A stretch of 59,902 nt of DNA, filler included, from Platydemus manokwari (taxonomy: Eukaryota), in assembly GCA_037951405.1 (NCBI GenBank). It is 6 parts of 6 records of this genome, joined end to end, with 100 filler letters (N's around TTAATTAATTAA, not from the genome) between each part and the next. Parts side by side here need not be neighbours in the genome. Positions count along the whole stretch, not along the records: positions 9,276 to 18,167 come from JBBMOY011333427.1; positions 18,268 to 30,899 come from JBBMOY010037791.1; 4 more parts are not named here. One strand, given 5' to 3'. Of the stretch, positions 13,216 through 25,636 are shown in pieces. Position 1 is the stretch's first letter; every line of letters starts with the position of its first letter. Under the pieces are notes generated by a model. The model did no database searches. It worked only from the letters and a program-made list of their open reading frames with translations, and was not told the origin of the DNA. The position numbers and the translations under genes are program-made.

Positions 13216-13366
13216 CTGAAATGAATGTAATAATTAGAATATGCTGACTTACTGTTTTCATGTCGTCACAATAATATTTGAAATGATAATCAATATTGTG
13301 AGGATATAAAATTTTTAAGTTCAAAATAATTATAAAATAATATCAAAAGATAATAATTTGTTTAAA

Positions 13367-13431
13367 TAATTTGCTGTCGTGACTTTGCAGCTCATTTGCA
13401 ATGCGTGTTTTATAAAACAGTAGCTGCTTAC
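13367..13431 (-). repeat. Dispersed repeat, copy 2
   Basis: Reverse complement of 7931-7995 at about 85% identity by manual alignment. Confidence 0.75.
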
Positions 13432-13689
13432 AAACATAAATAATTATATAAATTGTTGTTGTTCACAATCTATTGAATGAAGAGATTGGATAATAGATTA
13501 TCAATGAAACGTTTTCAATAGATTTCGGATAAAATTATCGAATAAATATAAATTTCACAACAGCCAATTAATTTTCACGAAGTTATAAGTTTTAAATGCA
13601 ACTTGATTTGGTATGGCATTGGCTAAAATTGGCAAGCCGAAACATAAAATCCAAAACCTGGTCAAAGAATGCGCAATTTCAAATATTGA

Positions 13690-13890
13690 ACATTCGGTAA
13701 AAATCTGGCAATTTCACTCGACCATTGTTTTGATCGATTTTATCTAACACAAAATAAAATCAAACAATTCCAACCCAACGAAAAGCCGAGATGAATGAAT
13801 GAAAAAGCAAAATTGACCTCACGAATCAAAGCTTTCAGACACAAGCAGGTCACAATCAACCCAATAATCCCAACAAATTTGTATTGAATA
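13690..13890 (+). mobile_element. Possible decayed CR1/L2-like LINE fragment
   Basis: KQFQPNEKPR*MNEKAKLTSRIKAFRHKQ resembles the KPxWMN..IK..IR.K segment upstream of LINE reverse transcriptase. Confidence 0.3.
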
Positions 13891-14483
13891 AATCTTGTAA
13901 CACTTTGAGATTTTTGAATCAAAATATATTTATATTGATTCTATGATAAATGTTTTAATTGTTTTAAAATTATAGTTTGTGAAAATTTGAGTTTAAAATG
14001 TGTAGAATAAATCAGACGTTTAATCGAGAATATAAATTAAAAATATTAATTGAAATTTATGTAAGAAATATGTAGCTATTGGTTTAGGAATCTATGTGAA
14101 GGAATTGAGGTTAATCAAGAATAAAAAATAAAATATTCAGTTATTTGCCAGTTCATTGAAATATGAAATTATGACTGCCTTTGCGTGATCTCGGTGAAAT
14201 ATAAAGTTCATCGCAAAACTTGACGATTTTTACAAATATATGAAAATTAAATAAAGTATATAAATCACAAAAAATGAATAAGAAATAATAAGAATGCTGA
14301 AAGGTATCAAATAATCAGAAATGGTAAAATATGGATTTTTAAAAATAAAGATTCCTTTGGTGTTACTTCGTCCCGACACTGTAGCGTAAATTTTATCACA
14401 GTGAATATTTTAAAATGATAGTAATGATTTATTAAAAATTAATTTGAAAGATTTTATAATCCGATTTTATATAAAAAATATTA

Positions 14484-14509
14484 ATTTGTCTACATAAATG
14501 TAGACAAAT
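14484..14509. repeat. 12-bp palindrome with 2-nt spacer
   Basis: ATTTGTCTACAT-AA-ATGTAGACAAAT. Confidence 0.8.
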
Positions 14510-15294
14510 ATAATTTTGTGTTGTGACTTTTCAGATTGTTTTTAATGTGTGCCTTGTCTGAACAGTCTATCACGATTATTTGATTATCACCTAATAGAAC
14601 ATCTTTAATTCTGATCCCAGAACCATAAAGATTCCAAGAATTCCTCGAATGTAAAATTTGAACTCCTACGTTTAAGTCTACTGAAATGAATTTATCAGAA
14701 AGAATTTTGGATAATGAAAAGTATAACCGCTAACAATTCAAGTACAATAATGATTATTTTCAACAGACTGAGCTTCCAGCAATATTCGAACTTATTTCTG
14801 TATTTCGTAGATATTTTGCAGTTTAGTACATATATTTACATTACATATCTTTGTACTTGACCTGTTTGCAATCATTATTATCCTTTGCAATATGATTATG
14901 ATTATTTGCTTTTAATTAATTTCGGAGTATTTAGTAACACGATATAAATATTAAGAGAATTTTGAAATTATTTTGTAATTAATTAATTTCATTTATGGTT
15001 AAATATTTACAAGTTCCAATGATTGTTGTTATGGTCACCAATTTGTTTAACTAAGTCAATTTCATAATCATTATAAACATAGATATTCATATTGGATGAT
15101 TTAATAAAAAGTAATTATTAGATATATATTTTCATTTTCACATTTGAGCTACACATTAATTTTAGCAGTATATTATTGTAAATTTTATTTTGAAATAATT
15201 TTTGTAATATTTAAAGTTTTTTATAAAAATATTTTAATCCTAACTAATGAAACAGATCATTTGATAGATTTCAATTTTTAGATTGAATATTGAA

Positions 15295-17221
15295 ATGGAA
15301 AGAAATAAATTTGAAAATATGTGGCACATAATGAAACAATATGATCTCGAATTTGTCGAGGAAATAAGTAATAATTATATGTGCACAATTTGTAAGAAGA
15401 TATTAATTAATTCATTTATTGGACCATGTGAATGTCGATATTGTAAAGTATGTATCGATGATTATTTAAAAGACGGGCAAAAAATTTGCCCAGGTGACTC
15501 AGAAAATTGCAAAGATGAGATCTTACAAATTGACTCCAATATATATTTTGACTACGCATCTAACAATAAAATTTCGAGAAAAGAAGTAAAATGCCCAATA
15601 TCGACTTGCAATGCGAAAATTAAATTACAGATGATTAAAAATCATTTACGAATTTGTGATAAAAAACCAGTGTGTTGTCCATATAAAATGATTGGATGTG
15701 AACATGATAAATTAATTGAAGAGAAAATAAGTGATCATCTTTGGACCGAAATTTATTCTCATACGAACTTGTTAATGGAATCGATAAATATATTGAATAA
15801 TGATAATCAATCAATTAAAAAGAGCTTTGATGAGTTAAAATTGGAAAATATCGATATAAAAGAGAAATTAAAAATAAATGACGTAAAATATTTTTTGATG
15901 AATTCAGTTTATTATTAATTATTTCAGGAAATTATTCGAGATTTGCAGGAATATAAATATTGTAATTCAAATGAAATCGAAAAATTGAATGAAGAAATGT
16001 CATTATTGAAAAATCAAATCAAAAATTTAACATCAGACCAGGAAACTAAAAACAACGAGAGAAGGAATAAACAAGTAAACTGAATGCTTAAATCATCAAG
16101 ATATTTGTTTATAGATTTCAGAATTACAAAATGATAATCAATCTATCATAAAAGAATTCAATAAGTTAAGATTGGAAAATATCGATTTGAAAGAAAAAAT
16201 AAAAATACATGAAGATGAAACTGTAAATAAATTTTTTAATGAGTTTGTTATTGATTATTTCAGAAAATGATTCGAGATTTGCAGAAACGAGAAGAGAGCA
16301 CCTCCATTGAAATTGAAAAATTGAATGAAAAAATGGTTTATTTGAAAAATCAAAACAGAAATTTGACATCAGAGATGGAAACTGCAAAGAATGAAAGGAA
16401 TAAACAAGTAAATTTGATGTTTAAATAATCGATATAATTATTGATTTTGTTTACAGATGTCAGAATTAATCAAGAAAGTCGAAAATCAAAATCAAAAAAT
16501 CAATCAATTCAAACAACAAATCGATACAATGTTAGCGAGATGTGAAAATCAAAAAGTAAATTTTATAATTAATCAATAATTTATCGCGATATTTTATCAG
16601 GATGCCGAGATTAAATTGAATGAGATCTTGCAGAGCAGTGTTAAAATGAAAACAGAAACCTTGGAAACAAATCGATCGATTAATGAAATGAAAAATGAAA
16701 TCAAAGATTTAACAAATCAGTCAAGCGAGTTGCGAGAAATGTTTGACAGACGCGAGGAATATATTTGGAAAATCGATAAATGGGCTGACAAAAGAAAGCA
16801 GGCACAAAATGGCCTCATCGAATCGATTTATAGCGATAGTTTCGACTCTCATAGCAACGGCTATAAAATGTGTCTCGAATTGAATCCAGATGGTATTGAC
16901 AATGGAAAAGGAACTCATTTATCGATTTTTATCTACATCTTGAGAGGGCCATTCGATGATATTCTCGAATGGCCATTCAATTATGATGTCGAGCTATCGC
17001 TAATCAATCAATACACTGGCCTCGTTCATGCGAAAATGACGGTGAAATATTCCCATCTTCCTGAAGATCAAATTTGGAGCAAACCAACAAGCAAGAGCAA
17101 TTTCGGAATCGGTTTCTATCAATTTATAGAGCTGGAAGAAATATCGGCCAATCCAGCACTGTGCTCGAGCGATCAGATTTTCTTAAAATGTTTCGTCAAA
17201 AGAGTTTCGAATCGCCAATGA
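15295..17221 (+). CDS. TRAF: TNF receptor-associated factor, complete, about 568 aa; exons 15295-15882, 15928-16074, 16115-16222, 16264-16407, 16457-16555, 16601-17221
   Basis: N-terminal RING (CTIC-x11-CECRYCKVC-x11-CPGD), two TRAF zinc fingers, a long coiled coil and a MATH domain (YIWKID..GYKMCLELNPDG..GTHLSIF..GPFDDILEWPF..GIGFYQFI). Five phase-0 GT-AG introns of 40-49 nt; AATAAA at 17277. Confidence 0.95.
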
Positions 17222-18167
17222 AAACATTCTTCATCACTCAATTAATATTGTGATTAACAGATTTATTGATGAATTGAATAAAGCTTTATCGATTGCTGAC
17301 TTCTCTGTTTGATTGAAAATTGAAAGATCTTGCCAAATAAATAAAAATCATTTGATAAAATTGAAGCAAAAAATTGTTTTCGTCAATCGATATTTTTCTT
17401 ATAGATTTAAAAATATTCTAAATTTATCTTAAATAATTTAATCATATATAAATGTTACTATGGAGACTTTTATCCTGACTTTGCATTATAATATCGATAA
17501 CATTATGCAAGGCGTAGACATAAACCACCACAAGCATTAACCACTCTAAATTAATCATAAAAATTTGAAAACATCTCTCGCGATAACTTGTTCATGTCGA
17601 ATATATAGAAAATCAAGTGCCAATCCAATAACACCATCTAAATTATTATAAAAGAATTCGCAATTCAATCATAAAAATATTATTTGATCCAATGATAAAT
17701 ATTTAATTGGTAAAATATCGCCATGGCTAAACGAAAATACTCAAATGTTATTGTTTCACATTAATTTATAAAATAAATTAAATAATTCCCATTTATCCTT
17801 TATCAATCCAATTAAACAAAATTAATTTTCAATCATAATTTAATATTAATATGATAATAACGAAAATATATAATATGCTTATATTTAAATCGCATTAATA
17901 GTTTAAATTGTCATCACATTACCACGGAATCAAGGATAAAGTTTAAAAATTAATGGAAGATGATTTTGGAAGTAAATCATTGAGAAATGTTCAGAATTTA
18001 TTTACATCACATATATGAATGAATTTGTTAAATTTTAATTTTAGCATTTCGATTTTTATAATATATTGAAATTATCTTCATAATTTGTTAGAAGAATATT
18101 GTTACGGTAATTAACGAATAAATAAATAAGTTATTCAAAAATATAAATCAGAATTAATGTATGGTTT

Positions 18168-18267
18168 NNNNNNNNNNNNNNNNNNNNNNNNNNNNNNNNN
18201 NNNNNNNNNNNTTAATTAATTAANNNNNNNNNNNNNNNNNNNNNNNNNNNNNNNNNNNNNNNNNNNN
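18168..18267. other. Artificial contig-joining linker
   Basis: 44 N + TTAATTAATTAA + 44 N. Confidence 0.97.
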
Positions 18268-18270
18268 ATT

Positions 18271-18515
18271 AATATTAATAAAATTAATTAACTAATTCAA
18301 ATTTTTATTAACTAATTAAAAGTGATTTTCATCAAGCAAGAATCATTTAGTAAAAAAAATAATAAAAAAATAATCATTTATTAAAACAAAATTTTAATAA
18401 ACCAATATTAGTAAAATTAATTAACTAATTAAAATTTTTATTAATTAATTAAAAATTATTTTGATTAACAAAAGATTATTAAATAAAAAAATTAAATGAA
18501 AAATTTATTTATCAA
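18271..18515. repeat. Diverged AT-rich tandem repeat, two copies of about 130 bp
   Basis: aatatta(a/g)taaaattaattaactaatt(c/a)aaatttttattaa(c/t)taattaaaa starts at about 18271 and again at about 18403. Confidence 0.6.
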
Positions 18516-19729
18516 ATTAAATTAAAAATTAAAAAAATAAAATTTTCTTTAAAAATTTTTAATTAAATTTTTATTTATTTTAAATCATAATTTTTTAATT
18601 GTTATTGAATTCCATTAACTGATTTTTATTAATTTCGGCACGAAACCATTTTCTATATTGAAAACTAATGAAATGATTTTTAAATTCATTAAATTGTTCT
18701 CAAATATTTAAAAAATATATTTAAATAAAAATTTATTTAAATATTTAATTAAATAACAATTAAAAAATTAATTAATTAAAATACTAATTTAACAGTCAAA
18801 TTTTTTCAATTTAGAAATTATTTGAGCAATTAAAAAATATAAAAATCGAAGATTTTATTTAAAATTAATGGAAAAATAATAAAACTAAAATCAAAACCAA
18901 AATCAAAATCAAGTTTAAATTGTTGTGGAGAAGAAAATAAATAAGAATTCGAGTTTTTATAAAGCTCACATTAATTTTCATAGATTAAAACAACAACGAC
19001 TCAATGAATTACATAAGAAAGAAGATAAATTGCAGTATGGAGAATGAGTGAGTGGAATAAATTGTTAAACAGAATAAATCCAATAATTTATATAAAAATT
19101 AAAAAAAAACCCAATTATTGCTCGTCTAGCAATTTTTTCGTTGAAACATTTCGACGGGTGAACGAAAATTTGTAAAAAGACTAATGATTTTCTTATTAGA
19201 TTTCCATCGACCAATTAACGTCAATTATTTTTTATGTGTTTCCATAGAAATATAAGTAAAAATAATAATTTTATTTTCTCTTAATTAATTATTATGATTA
19301 TTATAAATAAATAATAACGTAAACCAATAAAATCCTCATCATAATCATCAAAAATCCATCGATTGGGAAATAATTATTTTAAATCATCGGAAAATTGTAT
19401 TTGTTAATAAATGAGAAAACTAATCAATGATGATTAAATCGATTTGTTAATTAATAATTAATTAAGTAACTAGAATTATAGAAACACACCAACTCGAAAA
19501 TATCATCCAATCAGAATCAAGTATTATATTATTATAATAATCCATAAAAGATTTTCTTAAATCGATTTCCATTGAGACTGGAGAAGCTTTTAAATTAAAT
19601 AATTATTCATTTCAAAGATTACTTCTTTAATTTATTAGATTTTTATTTCCCGTAATTCGTCTTTTCATCAAAACAAGGCAAAATATGTATTTTTTCACCA
19701 TGATCATACTTGATTGATTTTCTTCTCAA

Positions 19730-19730
<1 letters not shown>

Positions 19731-19766
<36 letters not shown>
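19731..19766. repeat. (TTA)n microsatellite
   Basis: Pure TTA run. Confidence 0.9.
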
Positions 19767-19768
<2 letters not shown>

Positions 19769-20090
19769 TTACTTGAAATAATTATTTTACAATAATCCAA
19801 TATATAATTTCCAATATTAATATTATTTATTTTAAAGTATTTCTAATCACCATTAATAAATCAATTGTCGTTATGGTGACAAAATTAACTTAGTTTTCTG
19901 TGATATATTTTCAAATTAATAAAAGGATAAAGATACTTTTTGAATCCAGATTAATGAATCGCATTAATAAAAATAATACTATAGAGCATTTTCATTGGTT
20001 GGAATAAATTACTATTTTTACCACATTTACTTCTAATGCATTTTATTGTTAATAAAGGTTTTAATAAACCTTTATTAATGGATTATTTTG

Positions 20091-20446
20091 TTATCTTTTT
20101 AAACAATTCAGAGCGGAGCTGGTGACAATGATATCATCGCTACACAAATATGCCAAAGGGCCTCGCAGACATTTGTTAAACGTATTGAAGGAAGGATATT
20201 TGTGGATTTGCTCACCATCCTTCATGAGTCCAATTGAAACTTCAAAGCGAAGCAACTCCATCACGTTGGACAGCATGATAATACAGAACTGGATCAGTTC
20301 GGAAGGAATGAAAGTGTCGGGAATGTTTTGTAATTTTTCTTTGTTTTCTGGCCTGATTAATACACAATTCTGATCAAATATATACAGCCATATTTATCCA
20401 ATTCATTGTTGAAGTGCCTTGCCAACACATTTATAATTACAGATGA
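20091..20446 (-). pseudogene. Pseudo-exon of an unidentified protein
   Basis: After a ttttag acceptor: SSVIINVLARHFNNELDKYGCIY, then a 1-nt frameshift, then FDQNCVLIRPENKEKLQNIPDTFIPSELIQFCIIMLSNVMELLRFEV...LRGPLAYLCSDDIIVTSSALNCLKR*. GC is elevated. It could instead be a real terminal exon starting at about 20352. Confidence 0.45.
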
Positions 20447-21749
20447 CTAAAACGGTTTAAAGATTTTCAATAATATTCCAATCAGTTGAGTGTTAAAATA
20501 AAGCCCAAGCAAGATAAGCTCAAAAGGTTACATGCACACTGGCTCGATGAGCACATGTGCAAATAGCCAATCGAATACTCATAAATCAATAATCTATTAA
20601 TAGATGTCGATCATCGATCATCATGCATTAGAACTGAAAACAAGCACCTAGATAAACTAATGGTTTGAGGGTGAGAAGTGAACTTATCAACAAATTAGCA
20701 TGTAGACTAGCGAATAGAAATGTTTAAGCCAACAGATAAACATACACGATATGTCTATAAAAGAGTCATATCTTGGAAGTAACTACACTCTTTCATGGTC
20801 GCTAATTCTTTGCTATCATGTCAATGAGGAATCCATTATGATGGTTCTTTTTGTTTCTATCTTATCATTCCGATGCTAACCCCGTTGTGGATTGATTATT
20901 GGGAGTTGCATTTTATGTCATGATTATTTGTCAGTAATATCGTGATTAATAGTTATAATTTTGTCATTCAGCGTTAGTAAAAATTTGCCCCGCATCGAAT
21001 AAGAATTACACGAAATAAACTGAATGAAAAATCGACCAAATATATCTGAAATCGGTATTTATCTGATCGATCATAAAGAAACCTTTCATTTATATTTCGA
21101 CGAGAATGATGATTATTATTTTTTATTATTATTTTTAAGTGGTATTTTTTTATTTATTCCGCTGTATATTACAAAGGATCGTTCCCATGGTGATAATTAT
21201 CAAGTGATTAGAATCCAATGACTTTGCTCTGATTTTTTGAAATGATACAAGTCACTCGATAATACGCCAGCACTTTCAAATTAGAATATTTTATTGTCCA
21301 CAACATACAATAGAAGTATTTTTTACATTTCAATACATTAGAAGTCAAACAACCCATCAATTTTTTCATTGTTTTTAAAACTCCTTATCGTGTCACGGTC
21401 AAAATGAGGTCCTCAAACTAATAGATAAAATTGAGATCATAATCGATGATAATGAAATTGTTGAAATCGGAATTTCATTCATGGTTATTTCTGTCATAAA
21501 ATTATTGATGAGTCCAAGTGATCTGTTTTTAAGATATTAATTCTAAAAGTCTTTTTAAGATGAAAATTTGTGTCAATCAAATCTTCAAGAGTTTAAAAAT
21601 ATCATACAATGGATGAGTTATAAGATGTTTCATTGGTAATTTATGTGCGATATATCAATGTGGGACTCCAACTTTGGTTATATAGAGTGTTGAACAAGGT
21701 TTTTCGATTTTCATCATCTAAAATGTGTCACTTGCTTATATTAACATGA

Positions 21750-21940
21750 TCACCATGGTTTTTTGTATTCCAGCCTTATTAAATCCATTAATCACTGTAG
21801 AAGACTTTACTTGCCTCTGTTCTTCCATAAACCCCTTTACAACGATGTGAAATAGCTTGCTCTTCTCTGTCTCTTGATTGGTGTAATAGTATGCAATTCC
21901 GTTGCCGTCCAATTTTCTAACCTCAATCCCCTAAGTACTA
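21750..21940 (-). mobile_element. pogo/Tigger-type transposase C-terminal remnant
   Basis: ENWTATELHTITPIKRQRRASY...VKSSTVINGFNKAGI matches the pogo HxFTxxGRxRRASY...TIxxxFxKxGI tail. Confidence 0.6.
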
Positions 21941-22259
21941 AATATATTTTATGTAGCGTGTTCTCCTTAATTAAATTCAATTTCCTTTACTTTTTAAAAA
22001 TTTTTCCATTTCTTAATGAGGGAAAATTTAAACATTTTATGTAGAATAATTTGATACATTAGGCGTACCCTAATACATTAGATGTACCTCCTAATTTTAA
22101 CTAAAAATATGCCTTAAAGTGCGCTTTACACTCCCAAAAATATGGCATATATAATTCACATATTAAATGACATTATTAAACAACATTTATAATAAATTTC
22201 TTTTTCATAATTATGTTTTTTGTAATAAAACATTAGATAAAATTTAACCAAATTGTTGG

Positions 22260-24040
22260 GTCCTGAAGAATTGAAGATGGCGCAAGTTTTATTCTTATTA
22301 ATATATGATATTCAGCATGTGAATCAACATGTCCAAAATTCTTTAAAATACTTCACAAATCGAAAACAAAAAATTTCATATTGCTGGGATTCCAATTTGA
22401 AATCTCTGTGCAATTAGTGCATCATACTTTGATTTAATTTTTTGTTTCTCAAGTTTCAATTAGATTTATCGATTTTCAGTGATTGGAACTGATCAATCTC
22501 TATGTTGTGTTACTGTGTTCATTATTCTTCCATTAGTCTTCCATTTTAATCCTCTCTGATTGGCTGGTTGATATTCATAGATGGTTGTATTGGCATTTAT
22601 ACTCTTATAGTGTCATAATAAAACTTCCAAGGTACAAAATCATTTTTCTTTTATGTAATTTCATCTTTATTCGACTAATAATTTTTTATTATTATAATTA
22701 ATATTTTAATCCTTGTGATATTGATATATCACTTCATCTCATCATCAGCTTGTTAGTTCAATAACATAATCAATTTCAAAAATATTGTGGTGATAATTTA
22801 TTATCAATAATTATAATTGGTAAATTTATAATGATAATAAATATGTATTTAATAATTATTATTAATAATATATTATTATATTAGTAATAATATTACTAAT
22901 GAAAAGTCAAAAATAATAAAAGATAATTTACCCAATATAATATTATCAAAATCTAAAAGACCCAAATCGGAAGTAACCTTGGTTACAAGCCAGTTCAAAG
23001 TTTGGTAAAAGATCAGATTTTCATTCAAAATCTCAATGTTAATGGCGTAATATCTTTTCAATGTCATCAATAGACAACAAGAATAATTACCCAAAGCTAA
23101 ACACTGTAATCAATACTTGTCGACAAACTCATTAAAGATCCTCAATTAATCGTTAATAAGAATCATTTTTTTTATGAGAAAGGAATATGTGAGGCAATTG
23201 AATATTCAATATCTAATAATTTGTATAAGTCACCAACACAAATGTCAATCTAAGATAAACCAGTATCAAATGGAACAAACGATTATTTTCCCATAAGTCT
23301 AATTAGAAACTTGGGATTTTCGATACCAGGCATCCGATTAATTGGTTTGAGAAAATGTTTCGATATTTCCATAATTATGTTTAGATTTTTAGAAAACAAA
23401 TATGTTCGATAATTAATATTCCTTTCGTTTTACTAGAATCGATTAAGATAAATCTAATGGGCGAAATTGATTATCTTTATAGATCAGGTATAATAATTAT
23501 AATAATGCCGTAATTTCAATGATAATAATATTTATAATTGATAATTCAAGTCACCAGTAATAATATTAATTATAATTATAATATTAAATAATTTATAAAG
23601 TTATCCCATATGTTATTATTAACCGTCATTTTCATTAATAAAAAGATGAACTGGAACACATCCTTCAGTAACGCAATGAAATGATTAGTAAATTTCAAGG
23701 TTCCAGGATGTCTTCGTCTCACCACTTAATTTATATGAACTTAAATCATAAAATTCGTTGGCGTTAAGTTGGGTAAAATCTCGTGCCACATCATAATGAT
23801 TTTCTCGGTAATCAATCCAACTTATTGCAATGTTATGATGGAAATAGCTGATGACATGCCAATGGAAATATAACTGACGTTCATCTGGTTTGGAGCACTT
23901 TATTTTATCCTTCAACATCTGTTCTGGTAGTAATGGGCTAGTATTTAACGCCACACTCAATATATTTATATATTTGATTATTATTTGGCATAATATTCGC
24001 CTGCTCACTTTGTTTTCTTCTCGCTTCGAGAATATTTTCA
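22260..24040 (-). mobile_element. Decayed R4/NeSL-like (RLE-type) non-LTR retrotransposon
   Basis: RT-like SPLLPEQ...RQLYF...NIAISWIDYRENHYDV (cf. LLPEEQ..DQLL..NLxMAWIDYKKAYD) in ORF 23685-24080. Downstream on the same strand is a restriction-like endonuclease tail (SVPITEN..EKQKIKSKYDAL) near 22400-22500. Confidence 0.5.
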
Positions 24041-24212
24041 TTTTATATAATAATGATAATAATAATAATGATATTGACAATGAAAGTTATAATAATGATA
24101 ATAATAATGGAAATAATAATAGTGACAATAATAATAATGATGATGGTAATAATAATCGTTATTTTTCACATAATATATTATTATCCAGTTGGGTTTAATC
24201 CATACATTTTAG

Positions 24213-25603
24213 ATACCGTTGACCTAAAACCAAAATCATCCAGCAATCGTAAGACTGAAATGCGTAATCTAGTCAAAATTGCTCAAGCTGCAGAATCAGC
24301 AGTTCAGTACAGTAAAAAAATCACAAATTTCTACTTAGATCCACCTATAGATTCAGAAAATGGCAACGATAACAGTTTCGATGAAACTTCAGAAGTCCAG
24401 GAATCGGTGAAACTCATTTGTCAGGTTGGTATAAAAATATTTGCAATCATTGTTATTTTTTGATGAAGAGAAACGCTTATTGAAATATATCATTTGTCCA
24501 GGGTGTTTTGTCTCGGAAAACTTGTCTTCAAAACAACAAGAAGCCCCGATTTCCAATGTGGAATCGTTATTGGGTCGTGTTGATTGTATCGGGAAACAAT
24601 GCATATTTGGTGTATTTCGAAAACTCACATTATCGCGGCTCAGAAAGAAAAGATGTAATTTATCGATTTTCACTTTTAATTATTTCTTTTAATTAAATAA
24701 ATAATGATATAAATATTATTGTTTTAATCGAATATAATCTGGAAAATATTGAATACGCGCTTGTTCACGATAAATGAAATACCCTTGGGTTCCTTGTATT
24801 TCTAGTTGCGCTTTAATTGTGAGATGAGTCGATTTGTGATCTTTGAACGAATTGTATTTGGTGCTCGTTCAGAAATGATAGATTGAATACAAAATAATTG
24901 GACAAATCATTTGGAAAACATTGATTTATAATGAGAATGGAAATGTATTAAAACAAATTTGATATCCAATCATTCACTTGAATGGATCACAATTTTGATT
25001 TGGTTTTTGAGACATGTTGTTGTCGATCTGTAACTATTTGTCTTGTTCCAATTATAATGGTTTCTAAAAAAAACAATTGGAGTGTTATTGTGGAGATTTT
25101 ATTGGAGATATTAATCTCGAGGACAATTAATAATAGTCCATATATCTATATGTGGATATAATCATTATTTTCACACCAATATCGGATCTAAATTTGTCTT
25201 TCAGGAAATCTATTCCAATGATATGTTCTTAATGCATTAAGTTTTGCACTTTTGCTGTGAGATAATAATCGCCACATGTACTTGTTTAATGAAAATAATA
25301 ATAATGATGCCATGATGTGTGTGTGTGTGATATTAAATTTATAGTTGTTAGCTTTTGGATTTCCAGACAATTTTCACAGATTTCATAACAGTGGGAACAA
25401 ATACATATTTATAAATAGCACAATTGCATAGCAGGTGATTTATTACATTTGGTTTTTCCCAATTTGTAATTTTAGCTATCGACTTATTTATTTTCTGGAA
25501 AATTATCCCATTGGGTTTCTTTTGTAATTCCAAATTGAGATTTAATCAATCGATAAATTGTTGGGAAATTCTTCGAAAATTTGTTATTTTAGTTCATTTA
25601 TTT

Positions 25604-25636
<33 letters not shown>

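Noticed and set aside
13034-13324. 96-aa ORF from the track
   Set aside because: Wrong frame; the real unc-79 exon (13215-13097) reads in another frame.
23890-24212. Poly-Asn and poly-Ile/Met ORFs suggesting low-complexity or membrane proteins
   Set aside because: Translations of an (AAT)n-derived tract.
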